From the NCBI GenBank assembly GCA_964016885.1, contig OZ024741.1:387872001-387936000 (forward strand): 64,000 nt of DNA, read 5' to 3'. Shown here piece by piece: positions 14,301 through 28,868 of the stretch. The number at the start of each line of letters is the position of its first letter. Within the stretch, counting starts at the first letter, position 1. The notes under the pieces are model-generated. The model was not told the DNA's origin, did not search any database, and saw only the letters and a list, made by a program, of their open reading frames with translations. The DNA comes from Eledone cirrhosa (lineage: Eukaryota). The translations under genes were made by a program, and so were the position numbers.

Positions 14301-17300
14301 ACACTGGAGGTGGTAGCAATATTAACACTGGAGGTGGTAGCAGTATTAACACTGGAGGTGGTAGCAGTATTAACACTGGAGGTGGTAGCAGTATTAACAC
14401 TGGAGGTGGTAGCAGTATTAACACTGGAGGTGTTAGCAATATTAACACTGGAGGTGGTAGCAGTATTAATACTGGAGGGGGTAGCAGTATTAACACTGGA
14501 GGTGGTAGCAGTATTAACACTGGAGGTGGTAGCAATATTAACACTGGAGGTGGTAGCAGTATTAACACTGGAGGTGGTAGCAGTATTAACACTGGAGGGG
14601 TAGCAGTATTAACACTGGAGGTGGTAGCAGTATTAAGACTGGAGGTGGTAGCAGTATTAACACTGGAGGTGTTAGCAGTATTAACACTGGAGGGGGTAGC
14701 AATATTGACACTGGAGGTGGTAGCAGTATTAACACTGGAGGTGGTAGCAATATTAACACTGGAGGTGGTAGCAGTATTAACACTGGAGGTGGTAGCAATA
14801 TTAACACTGGAGGTGGTAGCAGTATTAACACTGGAGGTGTTAGCAGTATTAACACTGGAGGGGGTAGCAGTATTAACACTGGAGGGGGTAGCAGTATTAA
14901 CACTGGAGGTGTTAGCAATATTAACACTGGAGGTAGTAGGAGTATTAACACTGGAGGTGGTAGCAATATTAACACTGGAGGTGGTAGCAGTATTAACACT
15001 GGAGGTGTTAGCAGTATTAACACTGGAGGGGGTAGCAGTATTAACACTGGAGGTTGTAGCAGTATTAACACTGGAGGTGGTAGCAGTATTAACACTGGAG
15101 GTGTTAGCAGTATTAACACTGGAGGTGGTATCAATATTAACACAGGAGGTGGTAGCAATATTAACACTGGAGGTGTTAGCAATATTAACACTGGAGGTGG
15201 TATCAATATTAACACTGGAGGTGGTAGCAATATTAACACTGGAGGTGGTAGCAGTATTAACACTGGAGGTGGTATCAATATTAACACTGGAGGGGGTAGC
15301 AGTATTAACACTGGACGTGGTAGCAGTATTAACACTGCAGGTGGTAGCAGTATTAACACTGGAGGTGTTAGCAATATCAACACTGGAGGTGGTAGCAGTA
15401 TTAACACTGGAGGGGGTAGCAGTATTAACACTGGAGGGGGTAGCAGTATTAACACTGGAGGTGGTAGCAGTATTAACACTGGAGGTGGTAGCAGTATTAA
15501 CACTGGAGGTGGTAGCAGTATTAACACTGGAGGTGTTAGCAGTATTAACACAGGAGGTGTTAGCAATATTAACACTGGAGGTGGTATGAATATTAACACT
15601 GGAGGTGGTAGCAGTATTAACACTGGAGCTGTTAGCAATATTAACACTGGAGGTGGTAGCAGTATTAACACTGGAGGGGGTAGCAGTATTAACACTGGAG
15701 GTGGTAGCAGTATTAACACTGGAGGTGGTAGCAGTATTAACACTGGAGGTGGTAGCAATATTAACCCTGGAGGTGGTAGCAGTATTAACACTGGAGGTGG
15801 TAGCAGTATTAACACTGGAGGTGGTAGCAGTATTAACACTGGAGGTGGTAGCAGTATTAACACTGGAGGTGGTAGCAATATTAACACTGGAGGTGGTAGC
15901 AGTATTAACACTGGAGGTGGTAGCAGTATTAACACTGGAGGTGGTAGCAGTATTAACACTGGAGGTGGTAGCAGTATTAACACTGGAGGTGTTAGCAATA
16001 TTAACACTGGAGGTGGTAGCAGTATTAATACTGGAGGGGGTAGCAGTATTAACACTGGAGGTGGTAGCAGTATTAACACTGGAGGTGGTAGCAATATTAA
16101 CACTGGAGGTGGTAGCAGTATTAACACTGGAGGTGGTAGCAGTATTAACACTGGAGGGGTAGCAGTATTAACACTGGAGGTGGTAGCAGTATTAACACTG
16201 GAGGTGGTAGCAGTATTAACACTGGAGGTGTTAGCAGTATTAACACTGGAGGGGGTAGCAATATTAACACTGGAGGTGGTAGCAGTATTAACACTGGAGG
16301 TGGTAGCAGTATTAACACTGGAGGTGTTAGCAATATTAACACTGGAGGTGTTAGCAGTATTAATACTGGAGGGGGTAGCAGTATTAACACTGGAGGTGGT
16401 AGCAGTATTAACACTGGAGGTGGTAGCAATATTAACACTGGAGGTGGTAGCAGTATTAACACTGGAGGTGGTAGCAGTATTAACACTGGAGGGGTAGCAG
16501 TATTAACACTGGAGGTGGTAGCAGTATTAACACTGGAGGTGGTAGCAGTATTAACACTGGAGGTGTTAGCAGTATTAACACTGGAGGGGGTAGCAATATT
16601 AACACTGGAGGTGGTAGCAGTATTAACACTGGAGGTGGTAGCAATATTAACACTGGAGGTGGTAGCAGTATTAACACTGGAGGTGGTAGCAATATTAACA
16701 CTGGAGGTGGTAGCAGTATTAACACTGGAGGTGTTAGCAGTATTAACACTGGAGGTGGTAGCAGTATTAACACTGGAGGTGGTAGCAGTATTAACACTGG
16801 AGGTGTTAGCAATATTAACACTGGAGGTGGTAGCAGTATTAATACTGGAGGGGGTAGCAGTATTAACACTGGAGGTGGTAGCAGTATTAACACTGGAGGT
16901 GGTAGCAATATTAACACTGGAGGTGGTAGCAGTATTAACACTGGAGGTGGTAGCAGTATTAACACTGGAGGGGTAGCAGTATTAACACTGGAGGTGGTAG
17001 CAGTATTAAGACTGGAGGTGGTAGCAGTATTAACACTGGAGGTGTTAGCAGTATTAACACTGGAGGGGGTAGCAATATTGACACTGGAGGTGGTAGCAGT
17101 ATTAACACTGGAGGTGGTAGCAATATTAACACTGGAGGTGGTATCAATATTAACACTGGAGGTGGTAGCAGTATTAACACTGGAGGTGGTAGCAGTATTA
17201 ACACTGGAGGTGGTATAAATAATAACAGTGGAGGTGGTATCAATATTAACACTGGAGCGGGTATCAATATTAACACTGGAGGTGGTAGCAGTATTAACAC

Positions 17301-20300
17301 TGGAGGTGGTAGCAGTATTAACACTGGAGGTGGTAGCAATATTAACACTGGAGGTGCTAGCAGTATTAACACTGGAGGTGGTAGCAATATTAATACTGGA
17401 GGTGGTAGCAGTATTAACACTGGAGGTGGTAGCAATATTAACACTGGAGGTGGTATCAGTATTAAAACTGGAGGTTGTAGCAGTATTAACACTGAAGGTG
17501 GTAGCAGTATTAACACTGGAGGTGGTAACAGTAATGACAATGGAGGTGGTATCAATATTAACACAGGAGGTGGTAGCAATATTAACACTGGAGGTGGTAG
17601 CAGTATTAACATTGGAGGTGGTAGCAATATTAACACTGGAGCAGGTATCAATATTAACACTGGAGGTGGTAGCAGTATTAACACTGGAGGTGGTAGCAAT
17701 ATTAACACTGGAGGTGGTAGCAATATTAACACAGGAGGTGGTAGCAGTAATAACAATGGAGGTGGTATCAATATTAACACAGGAGGTGTTAGCAATATTA
17801 ACACTGGAGCAGGTATCAATATTAACACTGGAGGTGGTAGCAGTATTAACACTGGAGGTGGTAGCAATATTAACACTGGAGGTGGTAGCAGTATTAACAC
17901 TGGAGGTGGTAGCAGTATTAACACTGGAGGTGGTAGCAGTATTAACACTGGAGGTGGTAGCAGTATTAACACTGGAGGTGTTAGCAATATTAACACTGGA
18001 GGTGGTAGCAGTATTAATACTGGAGGGGGTAGCAGTATTAACACTGGAGGTGGTAGCAGTATTAACACTGGAGGTGGTAGCAATATTAACACTGGAGGTG
18101 GTAGCAGTATTAACATTGGAGGTGGTAGCAGTATTAACACTGGAGGGGTAGCAGTATTAACACTGGAGGTGGTAGCAGTATTAACACTGGAGGTGGTAGC
18201 AGTATTAACACTGGAAGTGTTAGCAGTATTAACACTGGAGGGGGTAGCAATATTAACACTGGAGGTGGTAGCAGTATTAACACTGGAGGTGGTAGCAGTA
18301 TTAACACTGGAGGTGTTAGCAGTATTAACACTGGAGGGGGTAGCAGTATTAACACTGGAGGTGGTAGCAATATTAACACTGGAGGTGGTAGCAGTATTAA
18401 CACTGGAGGTGGTAGCAGTATTAACACTGGAGGGGTAGCAGTATTAACACTGGAGGTGGTAGCAGTATTAACACTGGAGGTGGTAGCAGTATTAACACTG
18501 GAGGTGTTAGCAGTATTAACACTGGAGGGGGTAGCAATATTAACACTGGAGGTGGTAGCAGTATTAACACTGGAGGTGGTAGCAATATTAATACTGGAGG
18601 TGGTAGCAGTATTAACACCGGAGGTGGTAGCAATATTAACACTGGAGGTGGTAGCAGTATTAACACTGGAGGTGTTAGCAGTATTAACACTGGAGGGGGT
18701 AGCAGTATTAACACTGGAGGTGTTAGCAATATTAACACTGGAGGTGGTAGCAGTATTAACACTGGAGGTGGTAGCAATATTAACACTGGAGGTGGTAGCA
18801 GTATTAACACTGGAGGTGTTAGCAGTATTAACACTGGAGGGGGTAGCAGTATTAACACTGGAGGTGGTAGCAGTATTAACACTGGAGGTGGTAGCAGTAT
18901 TAACACTGGAGGTGTTAGCAGTATTAACACTGGAGGTGGTATCAATATTAACACAGGAGGTGGTAGCAATATTAACACTGGAAGTGTTAGCAATATTAAC
19001 ACTGGAGGTGGTATCAATATTAACACTGGAGGTGGTATCAGTATTAACACTGGAGGTGGTAGCAGTATTAACACTGAAGGTGGTAGCAGTATTAACACTG
19101 GAGGTGGTAACAGTAATGACACTGGAGGTGGTATCAATATTAACACAGGAGGTGGTAGCAGTATTAACATTGGAGGTGGTAGCAATATTAACACTGGAGC
19201 AGGTATCAATATTAACACTGGAGGTGGTAGCAGTATTAACACTGGAGGTGGTAGCAATATTAACACTGGAGGTGGTAGCAATATTAACACAGGAGGTGGT
19301 AGCAGTAATAACACTGGAGGTGGTATCAATATTAACACAGGAGGTGTTAGCAATATTAACACTGAAGCAGGTATCAATATTAACACTGGAGGTGGTAGCA
19401 GTATTAACACTGGAGGTGGTAGCAATATTAACACTGGAGGTGGTAGCAGTATTAACACTGGAGGTGGTAGCAGTATTAACACTGGAGGTGGTAGCAGTAT
19501 TAACACTGGAGGTGGTAGCAGTATTAACACTGGAGGTGTTAGCAATATTAACACTGGAGGTGGTAGCAGTATTAATACTGGAGGGCGTAGCAGTATTAAC
19601 ACTGGAGGTGGTAGCAGTATTAACACTGGAGGTGGTAGCAATATTAACACTGGAGGTGGTAGCAGTATTAACACTGGAGGTGGTAGCAGTATTAACACTG
19701 GAGGGGTAGCAGTATTAACACTGGAGGTGGTAGCAGTATTAAGACTGGAGGTGGTAGCAGTATTAACACTGGAGGTGTTAGCAGTATTAACACTGGAGGG
19801 GGTAGCAATATTGACACTGGAGGTGGTAGCAGTATTAACACTGGAGGTGGTAGCAATATTAACACTGGAGGTGGTATCAATATTAACACTGGAGGTGGTA
19901 GCAGTATTAACACTGGAGGTGGTAGCAGTATTAACACTGGAGGTGGTATAAATAATAACAATGGAGGTGGTATCAATATTAACACTGGAGCGGGTATCAA
20001 TATTAACACTGGAGGTGGTAGCAGTATTAACACTGGAGGTGGTAGCAGTATTAACACTGGAGGTGGTAGCAATATTAACACTGGAGGTGCTAGCAGTATT
20101 AACACTGGAGGTGGTAGCAATATTAATACTGGAGGTGGTAGCAGTATTAACACTGGAGGTGGTAGCAATATTAACACTGGAGGTGGTATCAGTATTAAAA
20201 CTGGAGGTTGTAGCAGTATTAACACTGAAGGTGGTAGCAGTATTAACACTGGAGGTGGTAACAGTAATGACAATGGAGGTGGTATCAATATTAACACAGG

Positions 20301-23300
20301 AGGTGGTAGCAATATTAACACTGGAGGTGGTAGCAGTATTAACATTGGAGGTGGTAGCAATATTAACACTGGAGCAGGTATCAATATTAACACTGGAGGT
20401 GGTAGCAGTATTAACACTGGAGGTGGTAGCAATATTAACACTGGAGGTGGTAGCAATATTAACACAGGAGGTGGTAGCAGTAATAACAATGGAGGTGGTA
20501 TCAATATTAACACAGGAGGTGTTAGCAATATTAACACTGGAGCAGGTATCAATATTAACACTGGAGGTGGTAGCAGTATTAACACTGGAGGTGGTAGCAA
20601 TATTAACACTGGAGGTGGTAGCAGTATTAACACTGGAGGTGGTAGCAGTATTAACACTGGAGGTGGTAGCAGTATTAACACTGGAGGTGGTAGCAGTATT
20701 AACACTGGAGGTGTTAGCAATATTAACACTGGAGGTGGTAGCAGTATTAATACTGGAGGGGGTAGCAGTATTAACACTGGAGGTGGTAGCAGTATTAACA
20801 CTGGAGGTGGTAGCAATATTAACACTGGAGGTGGTAGCAGTATTAACATTGGAGGTGGTAGCAGTATTAACACTGGAGGGGTAGCAGTATTAACACTGGA
20901 GGTGGTAGCAGTATTAACACTGGAGGTGGTAGCAGTATTAACACTGGAAGTGTTAGCAGTATTAACACTGGAGGGGGTAGCAATATTAACACTGGAGGTG
21001 GTAGCAGTATTAACACTGGAGGTGGTAGCAATATTAATACTGGAGGTGGTAGCAGTATTAACACTGGAGGTGGTAGCAATATTAACACTGGAGGTGGTAG
21101 CAGTATTAACACTGGAGGTGTTAGCAGTATTAACACTGGAGGGGGTAGCAGTATTAACACTGGAGGTGTTAGCAATATTAACACTGGAGGTGGTAGCAGT
21201 ATTAACACTGGAGGTGGTAGCAATATTAACACTGGAGGTGGTAGCAGTATTAACACTGGAGGTGTTAGCAGTATTAACACTGGAGGGGGTAGCAGTATTA
21301 ACACTGGAGGTGGTAGCAGTATTAATACTGGAGGTGGTAGCAGTATTAACACTGGAGGTGTTAGCAGTATTAACACTGGAGGTGGTATCAATATTAACAC
21401 AGGAGGTGGTAGCAATATTAACACTGGAAGTGTTAGCAATATTAACACTGGAGGTGGTATCAATATTAACACTGGAGGTGGTATCAGTATTAACACTGGA
21501 GGTGGTAGCAGTATTAACACTGAAGGTGGTAGCAGTATTAACACTGGAGGTGGTAACAGTAATGACACTGGAGGTGGTATCAATATTAACACAGGAGGTG
21601 GTAGCAGTATTAACATTGGAGGTGGTAGCAATATTAACACTGGAGCAGGTATCAATATTAACACTGGAGGTGGTAGCAGTATTAACACTGGAGGTGGTAG
21701 CAATATTAACACTGGAGGTGGTAGCAATATTAACACAGGAGGTGGTAGCAGTAATAACACTGGAGGTGGTATCAATATTAACACAGGAGGTGTTAGCAAT
21801 ATTAACACTGGAGCAGGTATCAATATTAACACTGGAGGTGGTAGCAGTATTAACACTGGAGGTGGTAGCAATATTAACACTGGAGGTGGTAGCAGTATTA
21901 ACACTGGAGGTGGTAGCAGTATTAACACTGGAGGTGGTAGCAGTATTAACACTGGAGGTGGTAGCAGTATTAACACTGGAGGTGTTAGCAATATTAACAC
22001 TGGAGGTGGTAGCAGTATTAATACTGGAGGGGGTAGCAGTATTAACACTGGAGGTGGTAGCAGTATTAACACTGGAGGTGGTAGCAATATTAACACTGGA
22101 GGTGGTAGCAGTATTAACACTGGAGGTGGTAGCAGTATTAACACTGGAGCGGTAGCAGTATTAACACTGGAGGTGGTAGCAGTATTAAGACTGGAGGTGG
22201 TAGCAGTATTAACACTGGAGGTGTTAGCAGTATTAACACTGGAGGGGGTAGCAATATTGACACTGGAGGTGGTAGCAGTATTAACACTGGAGGTGGTAGC
22301 AATATTAACACTGGAGGTGGTAGCAGTATTAACACTGGAGGTGGTAGCAATATTAACACTGGAGGTGGTAGCAGTATTAACACTGGAGGTGTTAGCAGTA
22401 TTAACACTGGAGGGGGTAGCAGTATTAACACTGGAGGGGGTAGCAGTATTAACACTGGAGGTGTTAGCAATATTAACACTGGAGGTAGTAGGAGTATTAA
22501 CACTGGAGGTGGTAGCAATATTAACACTGGAGGTGGTAGCAGTATTAACACTGGAGGTGTTAGCAGTATTAACACTGGAGGGGGTAGCAGTATTAACACT
22601 GGAGGTTGTAGCAGTATTAACACTGGAGGTGGTAGCAGTATTAACACTGGAGGTGTTAGCAGTATTAACACTGGAGGTGGTATCAATATTAACACAGGAG
22701 GTGGTAGCAATATTAACACTGGAGGTGTTAGCAATATTAACACTGGAGGTGGTATCAATATTAACACTGGAGGTGGTAGCAATATTAACACTGGAGGTGG
22801 TAGCAGTATTAACACTGGAGGTGGTATCAATATTAACACTGGAGGGGGTAGCAGTATTAACACTGGACGTGGTAGCAGTATTAACACTGCAGGTGGTAGC
22901 AGTATTAACACTGGAGGTGTTAGCAATATCAACACTGGAGGTGGTAGCAGTATTAACACTGGAGGGGGTAGCAGTATTAACACTGGAGGGGGTAGCAGTA
23001 TTAACACTGGAGGTGGTAGCAGTATTAACACTGGAGGTGGTAGCAGTATTAACACTGGAGGTGGTAGCAGTATTAACACTGGAGGTGTTAGCAGTATTAA
23101 CACAGGAGGTGTTAGCAATATTAACACTGGAGGTGGTATGAATATTAACACTGGAGGTGGTAGCAGTATTAACACTGGAGCTGTTAGCAATATTAACACT
23201 GGAGGTGGTAGCAGTATTAACACTGGAGGGGGTAGCAGTATTAACACTGGAGGTGGTAGCAGTATTAACACTGGAGGTGGTAGCAGTATTAACACTGGAG

Positions 23301-26300
23301 GTGGTAGCAATATTAACCCTGGAGGTGGTAGCAGTATTAACACTGGAGGTGGTAGCAGTATTAACACTGGAGGTGGTAGCAGTATTAACACTGGAGGTGG
23401 TAGCAGTATTAACACTGGAGGTGGTAGCAATATTAACACTGGAGGTGGTAGCAGTATTAACACTGGAGGTGGTAGCAGTATTAACACTGGAGGTGGTAGC
23501 AGTATTAACACTGGAGGTGGTAGCAGTATTAACACTGGAGGTGTTAGCAATATTAACACTGGAGGTGGTAGCAGTATTAATACTGGAGGGGGTAGCAGTA
23601 TTAACACTGGAGGTGGTAGCAGTATTAACACTGGAGGTGGTAGCAATATTAACACTGGAGGTGGTAGCAGTATTAACACTGGAGGTGGTAGCAGTATTAA
23701 CACTGGAGGGGTAGCAGTATTAACACTGGAGGTGGTAGCAGTATTAACACTGGAGGTGGTAGCAGTATTAACACTGGAGGTGTTAGCAGTATTAACACTG
23801 GAGGGGGTAGCAATATTAACACTGGAGGTGGTAGCAGTATTAACACTGGAGGTGGTAGCAGTATTAACACTGGAGGTGTTAGCAATATTAACACTGGAGG
23901 TGTTAGCAGTATTAATACTGGAGGGGGTAGCAGTATTAACACTGGAGGTGGTAGCAGTATTAACACTGGAGGTGGTAGCAATATTAACACTGGAGGTGGT
24001 AGCAGTATTAACACTGGAGGTGGTAGCAGTATTAACACTGGAGGGGTAGCAGTATTAACACTGGAGGTGGTAGCAGTATTAACACTGGAGGTGGTAGCAG
24101 TATTAACACTGGAGGTGTTAGCAGTATTAACACTGGAGGGGGTAGCAATATTAACACTGGAGGTGGTAGCAGTATTAACACTGGAGGTGGTAGCAATATT
24201 AACACTGGAGGTGGTAGCAGTATTAACACTGGAGGTGGTAGCAATATTAACACTGGAGGTGGTAGCAGTATTAACACTGGAGGTGTTAGCAGTATTAACA
24301 CTGGAGGTGGTAGCAGTATTAACACTGGAGGTGGTAGCAGTATTAACACTGGAGGTGTTAGCAATATTAACACTGGAGGTGGTAGCAGTATTAATACTGG
24401 AGGGGGTAGCAGTATTAACACTGGAGGTGGTAGCAGTATTAACACTGGAGGTGGTAGCAATATTAACACTGGAGGTGGTAGCAGTATTAACACTGGAGGT
24501 GGTAGCAGTATTAACACTGGAGGGGTAGCAGTATTAACACTGGAGGTGGTAGCAGTATTAAGACTGGAGGTGGTAGCAGTATTAACACTGGAGGTGTTAG
24601 CAGTATTAACACTGGAGGGGGTAGCAATATTGACACTGGAGGTGGTAGCAGTATTAACACTGGAGGTGGTAGCAATATTAACACTGGAGGTGGTATCAAT
24701 ATTAACACTGGAGGTGGTAGCAGTATTAACACTGGAGGTGGTAGCAGTATTAACACTGGAGGTGGTATAAATAATAACAGTGGAGGTGGTATCAATATTA
24801 ACACTGGAGCGGGTATCAATATTAACACTGGAGGTGGTAGCAGTATTAACACTGGAGGTGGTAGCAGTATTAACACTGGAGGTGGTAGCAATATTAACAC
24901 TGGAGGTGCTAGCAGTATTAACACTGGAGGTGGTAGCAATATTAATACTGGAGGTGGTAGCAGTATTAACACTGGAGGTGGTAGCAATATTAACACTGGA
25001 GGTGGTATCAGTATTAAAACTGGAGGTTGTAGCAGTATTAACACTGAAGGTGGTAGCAGTATTAACACTGGAGGTGGTAACAGTAATGACAATGGAGGTG
25101 GTATCAATATTAACACAGGAGGTGGTAGCAATATTAACACTGGAGGTGGTAGCAGTATTAACATTGGAGGTGGTAGCAATATTAACACTGGAGCAGGTAT
25201 CAATATTAACACTGGAGGTGGTAGCAGTATTAACACTGGAGGTGGTAGCAATATTAACACTGGAGGTGGTAGCAATATTAACACAGGAGGTGGTAGCAGT
25301 AATAACAATGGAGGTGGTATCAATATTAACACAGGAGGTGTTAGCAATATTAACACTGGAGCAGGTATCAATATTAACACTGGAGGTGGTAGCAGTATTA
25401 ACACTGGAGGTGGTAGCAATATTAACACTGGAGGTGGTAGCAGTATTAACACTGGAGGTGGTAGCAGTATTAACACTGGAGGTGGTAGCAGTATTAACAC
25501 TGGAGGTGGTAGCAGTATTAACACTGGAGGTGTTAGCAATATTAACACTGGAGGTGGTAGCAGTATTAATACTGGAGGGGGTAGCAGTATTAACACTGGA
25601 GGTGGTAGCAGTATTAACACTGGAGGTGGTAGCAATATTAACACTGGAGGTGGTAGCAGTATTAACATTGGAGGTGGTAGCAGTATTAACACTGGAGGGG
25701 TAGCAGTATTAACACTGGAGGTGGTAGCAGTATTAACACTGGAGGTGGTAGCAGTATTAACACTGGAAGTGTTAGCAGTATTAACACTGGAGGGGGTAGC
25801 AATATTAACACTGGAGGTGGTAGCAGTATTAACACTGGAGGTGGTAGCAATATTAATACTGGAGGTGGTAGCAGTATTAACACTGGAGGTGGTAGCAATA
25901 TTAACACTGGAGGTGGTAGCAGTATTAACACTGGAGGTGTTAGCAGTATTAACACTGGAGGGGGTAGCAGTATTAACACTGGAGGTGTTAGCAATATTAA
26001 CACTGGAGGTGGTAGCAGTATTAACACTGGAGGTGGTAGCAATATTAACACTGGAGGTGGTAGCAGTATTAACACTGGAGGTGTTAGCAGTATTAACACT
26101 GGAGGGGGTAGCAGTATTAACACTGGAGGTGGTAGCAGTATTAATACTGGAGGTGGTAGCAGTATTAACACTGGAGGTGTTAGCAGTATTAACACTGGAG
26201 GTGGTATCAATATTAACACAGGAGGTGGTAGCAATATTAACACTGGAAGTGTTAGCAATATTAACACTGGAGGTGGTATCAATATTAACACTGGAGGTGG

Positions 26301-28868
26301 TATCAGTATTAACACTGGAGGTGGTAGCAGTATTAACACTGAAGGTGGTAGCAGTATTAACACTGGAGGTGGTAACAGTAATGACACTGGAGGTGGTATC
26401 AATATTAACACAGGAGGTGGTAGCAGTATTAACATTGGAGGTGGTAGCAATATTAACACTGGAGCAGGTATCAATATTAACACTGGAGGTGGTAGCAGTA
26501 TTAACACTGGAGGTGGTAGCAATATTAACACTGGAGGTGGTAGCAATATTAACACAGGAGGTGGTAGCAGTAATAACACTGGAGGTGGTATCAATATTAA
26601 CACAGGAGGTGTTAGCAATATTAACACTGGAGCAGGTATCAATATTAACACTGGAGGTGGTAGCAGTATTAACACTGGAGGTGGTAGCAATATTAACACT
26701 GGAGGTGGTAGCAGTATTAACACTGGAGGTGGTAGCAGTATTAACACTGGAGGTGGTAGCAGTATTAACACTGGAGGTGGTAGCAGTATTAACACTGGAG
26801 GTGTTAGCAATATTAACACTGGAGGTGGTAGCAGTATTAATACTGGAGGGGGTAGCAGTATTAACACTGGAGGTGGTAGCAGTATTAACACTGGAGGTGG
26901 TAGCAATATTAACACTGGAGGTGGTAGCAGTATTAACACTGGAGGTGGTAGCAGTATTAACACTGGAGGGGTAGCAGTATTAACACTGGAGGTGGTAGCA
27001 GTATTAAGACTGGAGGTGGTAGCAGTATTAACACTGGAGGTGTTAGCAGTATTAACACTGGAGGGGGTAGCAATATTGACACTGGAGGTGGTAGCAGTAT
27101 TAACACTGGAGGTGGTAGCAATATTAACACTGGAGGTGGTAGCAGTATTAACACTGGAGGTGGTAGCAATATTAACACTGGAGGTGGTAGCAGTATTAAC
27201 ACTGGAGGTGTTAGCAGTATTAACACTGGAGGGGGTAGCAGTATTAACACTGGAGGGGGTAGCAGTATTAACACTGGAGGTGTTAGCAATATTAACACTG
27301 GAGGTAGTAGGAGTATTAACACTGGAGGTGGTAGCAATATTAACACTGGAGGTGGTAGCAGTATTAACACTGGAGGTGTTAGCAGTATTAACACTGGAGG
27401 GGGTAGCAGTATTAACACTGGAGGTTGTAGCAGTATTAACACTGGAGGTGGTAGCAGTATTAACACTGGAGGTGTTAGCAGTATTAACACTGGAGGTGGT
27501 ATCAATATTAACACAGGAGGTGGTAGCAATATTAACACTGGAGGTGTTAGCAATATTAACACTGGAGGTGGTATCAATATTAACACTGGAGGTGGTAGCA
27601 ATATTAACACTGGAGGTGGTAGCAGTATTAACACTGGAGGTGGTATCAATATTAACACTGGAGGGGGTAGCAGTATTAACACTGGACGTGGTAGCAGTAT
27701 TAACACTGCAGGTGGTAGCAGTATTAACACTGGAGGTGTTAGCAATATCAACACTGGAGGTGGTAGCAGTATTAACACTGGAGGGGGTAGCAGTATTAAC
27801 ACTGGAGGGGGTAGCAGTATTAACACTGGAGGTGGTAGCAGTATTAACACTGGAGGTGGTAGCAGTATTAACACTGGAGGTGGTAGCAGTATTAACACTG
27901 GAGGTGTTAGCAGTATTAACACAGGAGGTGTTAGCAATATTAACACTGGAGGTGGTATGAATATTAACACTGGAGGTGGTAGCAGTATTAACACTGGAGC
28001 TGTTAGCAATATTAACACTGGAGGTGGTAGCAGTATTAACACTGGAGGGGGTAGCAGTATTAACACTGGAGGTGGTAGCAGTATTAACACTGGAGGTGGT
28101 AGCAGTATTAACACTGGAGGTGGTAGCAATATTAACCCTGGAGGTGGTAGCAGTATTAACACTGGAGGTGGTAGCAGTATTAACACTGGAGGTGGTAGCA
28201 GTATTAACACTGGAGGTGGTAGCAGTATTAACACTGGAGGTGGTAGCAATATTAACACTGGAGGTGGTAGCAGTATTAACACTGGAGGTGGTAGCAGTAT
28301 TAACACTGGAGGTGGTAGCAGTATTAACACTGGAGGTGGTAGCAGTATTAACACTGGAGGTGTTAGCAATATTAACACTGGAGGTGGTAGCAGTATTAAT
28401 ACTGGAGGGGGTAGCAGTATTAACACTGGAGGTGGTAGCAGTATTAACACTGGAGGTGGTAGCAATATTAACACTGGAGGTGGTAGCAGTATTAACACTG
28501 GAGGTGGTAGCAGTATTAACACTGGAGGGGTAGCAGTATTAACACTGGAGGTGGTAGCAGTATTAACACTGGAGGTGGTAGCAGTATTAACACTGGAGGT
28601 GTTAGCAGTATTAACACTGGAGGGGGTAGCAATATTAACACTGGAGGTGGTAGCAGTATTAACACTGGAGGTGGTAGCAGTATTAACACTGGAGGTGTTA
28701 GCAATATTAACACTGGAGGTGTTAGCAGTATTAATACTGGAGGGGGTAGCAGTATTAACACTGGAGGTGGTAGCAGTATTAACACTGGAGGTGGTGGCAA
28801 TATTAACACTGGAGGTGGTAGCAGTATTAACACTGGAGGTGGTAGCAGTATTAACACTGGAGGGGTAG
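11391..28868. repeat. Modular higher-order repeat domain: blocks delimited by 23-bp monomers, order A' G A B C D E F A' E A B C D E A B C
   Basis: The 23-bp monomer (ACTGGAGGGGTAGC...) creates a TAG ending at 11390, 12661, 13332, 14603, 16162, 16497, 16976, 18151, 18438, 19709, 20884, 22155, 23714, 24049, 24528, 25703, 26974, 28533 and 28868. The spacings recur: A=1271, B=1559, C=335, D=479, E=1175, F=287, G=671, each equal to 24n-1. Blocks of equal length share private variants. Confidence 0.93.
19710..28868. repeat. 4,819-bp higher-order repeat (201 monomers), about 1.9 tandem copies, with a further permuted copy at 13333-18151
   Basis: Markers GGTAGTAGGAG, GGACGT..GCAGGT, ATATCAAC, GGTATGAAT (ATG at 15586, 23138, 27957) and AACCCTGG recur at offsets 7552 and 4819. 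4819 = 201x24-5, which matches five 23-bp monomers. Confidence 0.92.
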
